Shown piece by piece: positions 54,286 through 63,395 of a DNA stretch of 64,000 nucleotides. Source of the stretch: an uncultured Caulobacterales bacterium (lineage in GTDB: Bacteria > Pseudomonadota > Alphaproteobacteria > Caulobacterales > Maricaulaceae). The stretch spans positions 16,006-80,005 of the forward strand of contig CAZGCB010000001.1 of assembly GCA_964524065.1 (NCBI GenBank), in the 5' to 3' direction. A program made the position numbers and the translations under genes. Every line of letters starts with the position of its first letter. The stretch's first letter is position 1. Below the pieces are notes generated by a model. That model saw only the letters and a list, made by a program, of their open reading frames with translations. It was not told the origin of the DNA and made no database searches.

Positions 54286-56175
54286 ATGCGCCGGCTTCGC
54301 GGCGCGGATCTGTGGAGCCTGCACGTCATGGCCGTTGCGTCCTCTCCCGTGCCCGCCGCGACGTTGACCGCGGATGTGCCGCAGCTCATCACCGCACGCG
54401 GCAGCGAAGCCGTCCGCGATTTAGACGGCGCGCTCACCCATGCCCATGGCGTGGCTCTGCATTTGGAGCCGGCGCGCCGCGATGATCGCCGCCACACAAA
54501 GGTGCGCAAGCTGCTCAAAGCCGCGTTGAAGGCGAACGCCGCCGGCGATCCGCGTGAGAGCGCGCGCCTGGCGCTGGACGCGCTGGGGCTGGACGACGCC
54601 AACGCCGCGGCGTGCCACGTGATGGCCGCGGCGCTGGAGCAGCTGGGCCATGTGTCGCGCGCCCTTCAATTTTACGAGCGCGCCTGGACGCTCAATCCCC
54701 GCGATCCGCAGATTTATCTCGCCATGGGCCTGGCCGCCTGGAAGCTGGACATGATGGCGGCGGCGGAGAAGTTCTTCCGTTTGGCCTTGCAAATGGAGCC
54801 CGCCAACGTCCCCGCGCGGGTCAATTTGGGTGGGGTGTTGCGCGATGATGGCCGCTTTGAAGACGCCATCGAAATTCTGCGTGAGGGGCTCTACGCCGCC
54901 CCGGGCGAAGCGCAATTGTGGAACGCCATCGGCACGGTGATGCTGCATTCCGGCGACATCCCCAATGCCCGTACCTTCTATGAAGAGACGCTGCGCCTGG
55001 ACGCGGACTTCGCCCGCGGCTGGCACAATCTCGCCTACGCCCTCAACACCGCCGGCGATGGCGAGGGCGCGCTGGAGGCCTCAGATAAAGCGCTGGAATG
55101 CGGGCCGCGCTCGGCCAAGGACGCCTATGAAATCGCCCACAGCCGCGCCCTGTCGCTGTTGACGCTGGGGCGCTTAGAGGACGCCTGGCGCGCGTATGAA
55201 GTGCGCTTGGACGTCGAACAAGGCCCCATGGTGTTCCAGGCGCCCGGTCAACGGCTCGACCCCTTTGATCCTAAGCCCCTCACGGGCCGCGCGGTGCTGG
55301 TCATCGGTGAGCAGGGCGTCGGCGACGAAGTGCTGCACTTCAACGCGCTGGCGGATTTGGAGCGCGAAATCGGCGCCGATGGACGCATGATCGTGGCGTG
55401 CGAGCCACGCCTGGCGCCTTTACTGGCGCGCAGCTTTCCCCGCGCGCAGATCGAACGCCACGCCACTGTCTCGCGCGAAGCGCGCAAGGTGCGCGCCGTG
55501 GCCTGGGCCGACGCCGCGACAGACGGCCATCGGCAAGAACAGGCCCCAGCCCCGCAGCTTGACGTCTGGACGCCCGCGGCGGGGTTGTTGGCGCGTTATC
55601 GGCGCCGCCTCGACGCCTTCCCCAACACCGCGTTCCTCACGCCAGACCCCCAGCGGGTGGCCGGCTTCCGCGCCCAACTGGCGGCGCTGGGACCTGAACC
55701 CAAGGTCGGGCTGTGTTGGAAATCAAAGAAAATGACCGCCTCACGGCGCAAATATTTCAGCCCCTTCGAGGCCTGGCGGCCGGTGCTCGAAACTGCGGGT
55801 GTGACGTTTGTTTCGATGCAGTATGGCGATGTGGACTCCGAAATCGCGCAGGCGGCGCAGGATTATGGGGTGACGATCCATCAGCTGACGGGTCTGGACC
55901 TGATGGATGATTTGGATGGCGTGGCCGCCGCAGGAGCCGCCTTGGACCTCACCATCGGCCCCATGAACGCCTCCACCAACCTCGCCGGGGCGGCCGGCGG
56001 GCTGATTTGGATCGTGGCCTTGCGCACACACTGGCCGCTCTTTTCGACCGATCGCCTCCACTTTTATCCCGATGCGCGGGCGTTCAGTCCGCCGATGAAT
56101 GGCGACTGGAACGACGCTATGGCTCAAATCGCCGCCGCTTTGCGGAGCTTTACGCAGACCCAGGGCGCCGCCTAA
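54286..56175 (+). CDS. TPR-repeat protein with a C-terminal GT9/GT-B-like domain (FlbA/FlmG family). Candidate flagellin glycosyltransferase.
   Basis: Several TPR units (ALQFYERAWTLNPRDPQIYLAMG..., FYEETLRLDADFARGWHNLA...). The C-terminal half has VLVIGEQGVGDEVLHF, typical of heptosyltransferase-like GT9 folds. The start may be at 54328. Confidence 0.7.
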   Translation: MRRLRGADLWSLHVMAVASSPVPAATLTADVPQLITARGSEAVRDLDGALTHAHGVALHLEPARRDDRRHTKVRKLLKAALKANAAGDPRESARLALDALGLDDANAAACHVMAAALEQLGHVSRALQFYERAWTLNPRDPQIYLAMGLAAWKLDMMAAAEKFFRLALQMEPANVPARVNLGGVLRDDGRFEDAIEILREGLYAAPGEAQLWNAIGTVMLHSGDIPNARTFYEETLRLDADFARGWHNLAYALNTAGDGEGALEASDKALECGPRSAKDAYEIAHSRALSLLTLGRLEDAWRAYEVRLDVEQGPMVFQAPGQRLDPFDPKPLTGRAVLVIGEQGVGDEVLHFNALADLEREIGADGRMIVACEPRLAPLLARSFPRAQIERHATVSREARKVRAVAWADAATDGHRQEQAPAPQLDVWTPAAGLLARYRRRLDAFPNTAFLTPDPQRVAGFRAQLAALGPEPKVGLCWKSKKMTASRRKYFSPFEAWRPVLETAGVTFVSMQYGDVDSEIAQAAQDYGVTIHQLTGLDLMDDLDGVAAAGAALDLTIGPMNASTNLAGAAGGLIWIVALRTHWPLFSTDRLHFYPDARAFSPPMNGDWNDAMAQIAAALRSFTQTQGAA

Positions 56176-56274
56176 GCGCCGCTCCAGCCCGTCTCCCCGC
56201 CCTGGTCAAGCGCCTCCAATGGGGTACAAATCCCTCAGGCGTTCGCGCTGCACAAAAGCGGGCGAGGGACCGGC

Positions 56275-56904
56275 ATGGGAGACATGGGCATGCACGCCAA
56301 AGCTTGGGCGGCGATCGCCGCGGCATTCGTATTGGGCTGGAGCGCTGTGGCGCAAGACGACGCGACGGAGTTGGGCGCGCCCAACACCTCCAATGAGTTT
56401 TGGACCGACGGCGCCGATGGCGTGGTGGTGCACACCGAAAGCAACGTCGCCTGCCCGGCGGCCATGGGCGATGCGGCCCGTGTCGAAGTTCTGAGCTATG
56501 ACCGCCAATCCGGCCATGTCGGCCTGTCCTGTCATTATCGCAATGTGGTGGGCTCAGAGTACGACCTGTTCATTTGGCGCGCGGGCGTCACCGAACTCAC
56601 GGGCGACGGCGATCAAAACGACGCGTGGAACAGCGCCACCACGCGGCTGCGCCAGCGCCATCCGCGCGCGCTGCCCATGACGCCGGAGGGTCTGGGCGAT
56701 GCCCCCGCCCACGAGCTCTACGGCATTGTCTTCCGCACCGGCGCTTTGCGCGGCGTGCCTGTCAATCAAGGGATTTGGCTGACGCAAAACGACGCCTGGG
56801 TGGTGCGTGGCATCGGCGTTTTCCTCAATTATGAAGGGGGGCTGGCGGGCGCGACCGCACTGCGCCAAGCGGTGATTGACGCCCGCGCCGTCATCGACGG
56901 CTAG
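56275..56904 (+). CDS. Secreted hypothetical protein
   Basis: Signal peptide AWAAIAAAFVLGWSAVAQ. I recognise no family motif. The start is uncertain (56275-56290). Confidence 0.45.
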   Translation: MGDMGMHAKAWAAIAAAFVLGWSAVAQDDATELGAPNTSNEFWTDGADGVVVHTESNVACPAAMGDAARVEVLSYDRQSGHVGLSCHYRNVVGSEYDLFIWRAGVTELTGDGDQNDAWNSATTRLRQRHPRALPMTPEGLGDAPAHELYGIVFRTGALRGVPVNQGIWLTQNDAWVVRGIGVFLNYEGGLAGATALRQAVIDARAVIDG

Positions 56905-56917
56905 ACACGGCTGGGCG

Positions 56918-59900
56918 TCAGGCGTCCGTCGCAGCGGGCTGGCGGCTGAGAAATTCGCGCAGCGCCGCAGGATCCACGGGCTTGCGGATCAAGCCATACC
57001 CACGCGCCCGCGCAATGCGCTCCAATTGCGGCGACTGATCGGCGGTCAGCAGCGCAAAACGCCGCGGACGCAAGGCGAGCGTCCGCGCCGCGAAAGCGTC
57101 CAACACGCTCAGCCCATCAGCGCCCGGACCAAGGTGAAAATCGGCTAGCACCGCCGCATACGCCTCGCCATCCTGCGCGGCGGCGATGGCGCCGTCGGCG
57201 TTTGAAAACACCTGCGGCGCACAGCCCCACCCCTCCAAAATTGTGGCCATAGCGCTGCGGATATTGGCTTCATCATCGACAAACAACACGCGCATGCCCG
57301 CCAGCGAGGCCTCATTGCGGCTCAGGGGCGCGGCCGCTTGCGCCGGCTGCGCGGCGCGGGCCCGCGGCAGCGTAATGGAAAAGGTGGAGCCACAACCCAC
57401 CTGCGAGCGCACATGCACGGGCGCGCCCAGCAAGCGGGCGATCCGATCCACAATGGCCAGGCCGAGACCCGCGCCATGCTCACCGCGCACATCCACATCC
57501 TGCAACCGCCGGAATTCTTGGAAAATTTCCTCCTGACGCTCCGGCGGAATGCCCGGGCCGGTGTCGATGACTTCCACCCGCACGCGCCCACGGCCAATGC
57601 GGCGCGCGCCCAAGATCACGCCCCCGTCCTTGGTGTAGCGCAGCGCGTTGGACAGAAGGTTCTGGACGACACTGCGCAGAAGCGTGCGGTCGCTGCGCAC
57701 ATTCAAGCTGGTGGCCGGGCGCACCAGGCGCAGGCCCTGCTGCTCGGCCATGGGCGCGAACTCCGTCTCCAATTCGCCAAACACCGCCTCCAACGGGACG
57801 GCCGACAGTTTTGGACGAATGCCGCCTTGATCCAACCGTGAGATGTCCAACAGCGCCCGCAACAAGCGATCTGCGGAGCTGATGGAGCGCTCGATGTTCT
57901 CGGCCATGGCGCGTCGTTCGGGCGCAGCGCCGCCCAAATCGCTGATCAACGCCCCCGCAAACAGACGCGCCGCGTTCAGCGGCTGCAGAAGATCATGGCT
58001 GGCCGCCGCCAAAAACGCCGTCTTGCCGGCATTGGCGTCTTCGGCGGCGCGTTTGGCCGCCTCCAACTCGCGCGCCAAAGCCTCCAATTCTTCCGTGCGC
58101 TCAGCGACGCGGTCTTCGAGGCGATCTTTCGCCTCCGCAATGGCCTGGGCGCGCCAGCGATCTTCGGTCACATCGGTGAAGGTCGTGACATAGCCTCCGC
58201 CCGGCATGGGGTTGCCAAAGGTTTTCAGCACCATGCCGTTGGGCCGCACCCGCTCGAAAGCGTGACGGGTGCCGACGCGCAAATGACCAACCCGCTTGGC
58301 CACCTTGGCGTCCACATCACCGGGCCCGAACTCCCCCCGTTCGGCATTGTAGCGGATGACCTCCGCAATCGGCTGGCCGGGATATAAAAAGCCCACCGGA
58401 TACTCGAACATGTCTACGTAAGGTTGGTTCCACGCCACAAGCTTCAGGTTTTTGTCCACCACCGAAACGCCCTGGCTGATGTTCTCCATGGTGGCGCGCA
58501 CGAGGTCCCGGTTGAACTCCACCTCATGTGCGGCCTGGTCAATGAGCGCCAAGGTCTGCTCGGTCCGCAGCACGCCGCCAGACAACGCCGACGCGACGAT
58601 CACCCGCGCGGAGGACGCGCCCAACACCCCCGCCAGCTGACGCTCCACAAACCGCACAACCGCCACTTCGGGATGCGCCGCCGGGTGCAGCTGACGGCCC
58701 GTGCGTCGCTCAAACCGGTCAAAGGCGGCGCGAGCGGCCCGCCCGCCCACAAACCGCTCCGCCAAAGTCATCAGATCGCCGGTGGTGGCTTGCCCGCCCA
58801 CGCCCGCCGCTTGATCCAACCGGCTCGGCGCCGCGCCCCCCACAAACACAGCCGCTTGAACGCGCTCGCGCAGGGGCGAACGGCTCAACACCGACACCAA
58901 GATGTACACAAGAACATTGACGCCCAAGCTCCAGGCCGCCCCATGGGCCATGGGCGATATGCCGGTCACGCCAAACAGGGCCGAAGGATCGAGCACACCG
59001 CCCCAGGCTTTCTGCAGGCCAGAAGCCGCCAGAGTGTCCGCCCCCATCAACACCGGCAGCAACAGCGTGTAAGCCCACACGAGCAAGCCGATGACAATTC
59101 CCGCCTTGGCGCCGGATGCGCGCCCGCCGCGCCAATAGAGCCCGCCCCAAAGCGCTGGCGCCAGCTGCGCCGCCGCGGTGATGGCCAACAACCCCATCAC
59201 CGCCAGCGGTTGATCAGGAACGTATGTGAGATAGGCCCACGCCGCAGCCCACAAAGCGACGATCACCACACGCCGTGCGACGGTCAACACGCGGTCCATC
59301 TGTAGGGCGCTGAGGCCCTCGAACAGCTTCGTGCGCAACAGCGCCGGCAACATCAAATCATTGATGGCCATGGTGGACAGGGCGCTGGCGCTGGCCGCCG
59401 CCATAGCCACCGCCGCCGACAATCCGGCCACGAAAGCCAGCACACCCAACCAGGGAGCGCCGGCCGCCACGGGCGCCGCGATGATGAGCGCGTCCGGCGT
59501 CCCCCCGGCGAGGGGCAGACCCGCACGGCCAATAATGGCGGCGGCCACCGCCAGGACGAGCAAATAGGCGGGAAACAGGACCCGCGCCCAGTTCTGATCC
59601 TGGCGTGTGGGCGTCTGCAAAAAGGTCATGTGGAACTGACGCGGCAGGCAAAACACCGCCAACATGCCGCACAAGCCGAGGATCATCATGTCGCCGGGTC
59701 GCAGGCCCGCAACACTGACGCCCCCCCCCGGCGTCACCGCACGCGGTTGCGGCGCGCCCCACAGCAAAAACAGCGCCACGCCCACCATCACAACCGTCAT
59801 GAACAGCGTGTCCACCGCCGCAAACGCCACCAAACCCCGCTCGCGCGCCGCCGGCCGTGGACCGCGCCCGCCCAGCGCCATAGCAAGGCCCGCCAACAAA

Positions 59901-60394
59901 ACGGCCGCCGCCAGGGTCACGCCCGCCGGCGCGCCAGGCGCGCCGCCGGCTTGGGCCAAAGCGTCAGCGCCGATATCCGCCGCACGCAGCTGCAGCGCGC
60001 AATAGGGCACAACGCCGATGATCGCCGCCGTGGTCACCACCGCCGCCAGCCCGCGGCTCTTGCCATAGCGGGAAGCGAGGAAGTCAGCGATGGAGGTGAT
60101 ATTCTCCCGCGCCGTGATCGCGGCGATCTTGCGCAGAATGGGAAAGCCGAGCGTGAACGCCACCACGGGCCCCAAATACCCCGCCGCATAGGCGAAACCG
60201 CCCGCCGCCGCGGCGCCGGGCGCGCCGTAAAGTGTCCAGCAGGTGCTGTAAACGCCCAAGCTGAGGGCGTAGACCGCCGGCCGCAGCCGCCCGGTGAGGA
60301 CACGCAAACGCCCACGCTCTGCGGCTCGGGCCACCCGCGCCATCATGAAAAAATACAGCGTCGCCGCCGCGAAGGCCGCCCATGCCAGAGCCAT
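56918..60394 (-). CDS. Hybrid sensor histidine kinase with an N-terminal solute:sodium symporter (SSS)-like multi-TM domain, PAS, HisKA/HATPase and a C-terminal receiver (CbrA-like architecture)
   Basis: About 13 TM segments, then AASHDLLQPLNA (H box), IDTGPGIPPERQEEIF and GAGLGLAIV (N/G boxes), then a receiver VLFVDDEANIRS...LADFHLGPGADG. Confidence 0.9.
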   Translation of the reverse strand: MALAWAAFAAATLYFFMMARVARAAERGRLRVLTGRLRPAVYALSLGVYSTCWTLYGAPGAAAAGGFAYAAGYLGPVVAFTLGFPILRKIAAITARENITSIADFLASRYGKSRGLAAVVTTAAIIGVVPYCALQLRAADIGADALAQAGGAPGAPAGVTLAAAVLLAGLAMALGGRGPRPAARERGLVAFAAVDTLFMTVVMVGVALFLLWGAPQPRAVTPGGGVSVAGLRPGDMMILGLCGMLAVFCLPRQFHMTFLQTPTRQDQNWARVLFPAYLLVLAVAAAIIGRAGLPLAGGTPDALIIAAPVAAGAPWLGVLAFVAGLSAAVAMAAASASALSTMAINDLMLPALLRTKLFEGLSALQMDRVLTVARRVVIVALWAAAWAYLTYVPDQPLAVMGLLAITAAAQLAPALWGGLYWRGGRASGAKAGIVIGLLVWAYTLLLPVLMGADTLAASGLQKAWGGVLDPSALFGVTGISPMAHGAAWSLGVNVLVYILVSVLSRSPLRERVQAAVFVGGAAPSRLDQAAGVGGQATTGDLMTLAERFVGGRAARAAFDRFERRTGRQLHPAAHPEVAVVRFVERQLAGVLGASSARVIVASALSGGVLRTEQTLALIDQAAHEVEFNRDLVRATMENISQGVSVVDKNLKLVAWNQPYVDMFEYPVGFLYPGQPIAEVIRYNAERGEFGPGDVDAKVAKRVGHLRVGTRHAFERVRPNGMVLKTFGNPMPGGGYVTTFTDVTEDRWRAQAIAEAKDRLEDRVAERTEELEALARELEAAKRAAEDANAGKTAFLAAASHDLLQPLNAARLFAGALISDLGGAAPERRAMAENIERSISSADRLLRALLDISRLDQGGIRPKLSAVPLEAVFGELETEFAPMAEQQGLRLVRPATSLNVRSDRTLLRSVVQNLLSNALRYTKDGGVILGARRIGRGRVRVEVIDTGPGIPPERQEEIFQEFRRLQDVDVRGEHGAGLGLAIVDRIARLLGAPVHVRSQVGCGSTFSITLPRARAAQPAQAAAPLSRNEASLAGMRVLFVDDEANIRSAMATILEGWGCAPQVFSNADGAIAAAQDGEAYAAVLADFHLGPGADGLSVLDAFAARTLALRPRRFALLTADQSPQLERIARARGYGLIRKPVDPAALREFLSRQPAATDA

Positions 60395-60521
60395 TGGTCG
60401 TCCGCCCTGCTCCCGTCACAGCGCCGACGGAATCGCCGCGCCGCGCGCCGACTATGCGCTGAGGCCCGCGCCCGGCGCAAAATCGCGGCGCACACACGCC
60501 GCGCGTCCTGCGCCTGCCGAC

Positions 60522-60836
60522 CTAGGGAGCGCCATGCAAGGCGCGCGCCCCAGGAAGACGGCCGCACCAGCGCGCAATGAGCACCAAGCCGGCGACGATG
60601 AGGGCGCCAAACAGCGCGGGCGCGCCGTAAAGCAATAGTCCGCCGGACGCCACAAAACCCTCGCCTCCGCTTTTGCGGGCCAGCTGAGTGAGTACAAGGC
60701 ACAGCCACGCCAGCGCCATCCAAGGGACAAACGCGCCGGCTATGAACAGCGCCGTTCGCCGCCACAGGCGACGGGCCTGGGCGTCGGCCTCGGCGCCGTG
60801 CGACGCTGCCGCTTCGTGACCTGACACGCTATGCAT
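60522..60836 (-). CDS. Possible small two-TM membrane protein upstream of the sensor kinase
   Basis: The 104-aa ORF has two clear hydrophobic helices, unlike the Arg/Pro-rich overlapping ORFs in other frames. I recognise no motif. Confidence 0.3.
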   Translation of the reverse strand: MHSVSGHEAAASHGAEADAQARRLWRRTALFIAGAFVPWMALAWLCLVLTQLARKSGGEGFVASGGLLLYGAPALFGALIVAGLVLIARWCGRLPGARALHGAP

Positions 60837-60903
60837 GCGTCACCCTCACCCGCATTGGCGCTCTCTCACGCCATCACTTTGGGCCCCGCGGCTTAAGTCC
60901 GCC

Positions 60904-61434
60904 TCAACGCTCCACCGCGCGCTGGGGAAAGACGCCGCGGCGCAATTCCTCCACCGCCAGGCGCGCGGGTTTAAACGCGCGACGCAGCACCGGCACCGTG
61001 CGCGCCGGCTGCGCGTCGCCGCACATGAACACGTCCACAGCGGCGAAATCCGCCTCCGGCCAGGTGTGAATGGAGATGTGGCTTTCGGCCAGCACCACCA
61101 CGCCGGTGACGCCGCCATTGGGTTGGAAGTGATGGAAATCTGAGCCAAGCACCGTGGCGCCGGCGGCCTCGGCCGCCTCCACTAAAGCTCGCTCCACGCC
61201 GGCCACATCATCCAGGCCCGTGGCGCCCCACAGATCCACGATCAGATGACGTCCGGCATAGGCCACGCCAGACTCTTGGATAAAGAAGTCCAGCCGCGGC
61301 GCGCCAGCGTGCGTGTTGGGGTCTGATTGTTCGGAGTTTACCGCCGCGCCCGACAAGGTGTCAGACGCGGCGTGCGCCTGTTCGAGGTCCGCCTCGTCCA
61401 AGGACTCTAGGCGGCCCAGGGATGGGGGTGTCAT
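60904..61434 (-). CDS. speH: S-adenosylmethionine decarboxylase proenzyme (SpeH/SpeD class 1) with an N-terminal extension
   Basis: [10 protein letters not shown] and [15 protein letters not shown] (Glu-Ser self-cleavage site), AAVDVFMCG. Confidence 0.85.
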   Translation of the reverse strand: MTPPSLGRLESLDEADLEQAHAASDTLSGAAVNSEQSDPNTHAGAPRLDFFIQESGVAYAGRHLIVDLWGATGLDDVAGVERALVEAAEAAGATVLGSDFHHFQPNGGVTGVVVLAESHISIHTWPEADFAAVDVFMCGDAQPARTVPVLRRAFKPARLAVEELRRGVFPQRAVER

Positions 61435-61668
61435 TCACGCATCTCCCTAAGCAGCAACGCCCGGCGCACTGGGCCCGGGCGGATTGGAGCGACGTCTGTC
61501 TCAGAACTTGTGCCCGGTTTCAAGAAAAAAACACGCTTAAACGCCGTGGCGCCATATAGGTCGTCGGCAGCCAGGATCTGCGGCGCCGTACAGCGTCGCG
61601 GCCTTGGGACGCCTCCTCGCCCATGATAAGGCCGTGGCACCGGACATGAGACGCGGGCGGGGTCGCGC

Positions 61669-63321
61669 ATGGTCACCATCACGCCGCAAACGGAGGCGGC
61701 CACGGACACGGCGGTCCAACATCGGAACGCCATGGGCGCGTTCGCCTGGGCGTTGATCGCCGTGGCGATCCTAACGGCCGTGCGGGCGGCGGGGTTGATC
61801 GCCTCGCCGGTGGAGCTGCACGGCGATGAGGCCCAATATTGGGGTTGGGCCCAAAGTCTGGACTGGGGCTATTATTCCAAGCCGCCGCTGATCGCATGGA
61901 CGATCGCGGCCTCCACCACTCTGTTCGGCGACAGCGAATGGGCCATCCGGCTCATCTCACCCTTCGCGCATGGCCTGGCGGCGCTGTTTTTAGGCCTTGC
62001 CGCGCGCGATCTGTACGGCCCGCGGGCGGGCGCCGGGGCGGCGATCCTCTACACCGTGATGCCGGCGGTGTGGTTGTCATCCGGCATCGTCTCCACCGAT
62101 GCGTTGCTGCTGGCGTTGTGGAGCGGGGCCCTCTTTGCGTTTGTCCGCTTTCGCGCCACGGGCGCGTTGGGCTGGGCCATCGCGGCCGGCGTGGCGGCGG
62201 GTCTGGGCTTTCTGGCCAAGTACGCCATGATTTACTTCGCCCTTGGCGCGGCTCTGGCGACGCTGCTGGATGCGCCGACGCGCCGGGCGGTGCTGAGTTT
62301 CAAAGGCCTTGCCATGGTCGCGATCGCCGTCGGCATCGTGGCGCCCAATCTGGCGTGGAACGCCGCCAATGCCTTCGCCACCGTCTCCCACACCGCCGAC
62401 AACGCCAATTGGACCGGCCCACGCTTTCGCCCACACAAACTCGGCGAGTTTTGGCAGGAGCAGCTCGCCGTCTTCGGCCCCTTCACCCTGCTGCTGTTGG
62501 GAACGGCGGTCCTTCATACGGCCGTGCAGACGCCGCAGCGCCGCCGCACCGCGCTGGTGCTGCTTGTGTTTATCGTTCCCGCGTTGCTGATCATTTCCGG
62601 CCAGGCGTTCATCAACCGCGCCCACGCGAACTGGGCCGCGGCCGCCTATGCCGCGGGCACGGTGCTGCTGGCGGGCTGGCTGTTTGGGCCTGGCGGCGCT
62701 TGGGCCCGGCGCGCGGGGATGCGCGGGGCGCTTTTGTCCATCGTTTTTGGGCTGGGGATCGGCGTCAATGTGGTCGGCGGCGGAATTTTGGCCGCGGCGG
62801 GGATGTCGCCCACCCTGGCGGATGGGCCGCTTTGCACCCCGGGCTTTTTCCCCGGCGAACGCGCGTGCGCCGGGCAAGGCTTTAAACGCGTGCGCGGGTC
62901 GCGCGACACGGCCGCAGCGGTGCGCGGCCATCTCAGCGCGCCACGCGAGGGCCGGTCCTACGCCGCTGTCCTCATCGACAATCGCCTGGTGTTTCACGCC
63001 ATGGAGTACTATCTGCGCGCCGATCCGCCGCCCTTGGCCATGTGGATGAAATGCGCCGCCCCCAAAAGCCATGCGGAGGAACGCGCGCCGCTGGGGACGG
63101 TGGCGCCCGCAGCGGGCGGCGACGCGCCCGTGTTGATTCTCTCCACACGCCCGGGCGATCACGACTTCATCGCGGCGGACTTCGCCCGCCTCACGCCCCT
63201 GGGAACCGAAGACATCGATCTGGGCGCTGCGGGCGTGCGCCGTTTGTGGTTCTTCGCCGGCGAAGGCTACGCGCCACAGGCCGCGCGCTCTGGGCGCCGC
63301 GGCTGCGGCGAAGCGAGCTGA
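61669..63321 (+). CDS. GT39/ArnT-family (PMT_2) membrane glycosyltransferase
   Basis: HGDEAQYWGWAQSLDWGYYSKPPLIAW and multiple TM helices. Confidence 0.85.
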   Translation: MVTITPQTEAATDTAVQHRNAMGAFAWALIAVAILTAVRAAGLIASPVELHGDEAQYWGWAQSLDWGYYSKPPLIAWTIAASTTLFGDSEWAIRLISPFAHGLAALFLGLAARDLYGPRAGAGAAILYTVMPAVWLSSGIVSTDALLLALWSGALFAFVRFRATGALGWAIAAGVAAGLGFLAKYAMIYFALGAALATLLDAPTRRAVLSFKGLAMVAIAVGIVAPNLAWNAANAFATVSHTADNANWTGPRFRPHKLGEFWQEQLAVFGPFTLLLLGTAVLHTAVQTPQRRRTALVLLVFIVPALLIISGQAFINRAHANWAAAAYAAGTVLLAGWLFGPGGAWARRAGMRGALLSIVFGLGIGVNVVGGGILAAAGMSPTLADGPLCTPGFFPGERACAGQGFKRVRGSRDTAAAVRGHLSAPREGRSYAAVLIDNRLVFHAMEYYLRADPPPLAMWMKCAAPKSHAEERAPLGTVAPAAGGDAPVLILSTRPGDHDFIAADFARLTPLGTEDIDLGAAGVRRLWFFAGEGYAPQAARSGRRGCGEAS

Positions 63322-63395
63322 GAAGGCCCGTCTTCCCTCAGGCCTCACGCCGCCCTGCAGCGTTCCGATCATCACCGCAGCGCGAGCGTGGCGGC

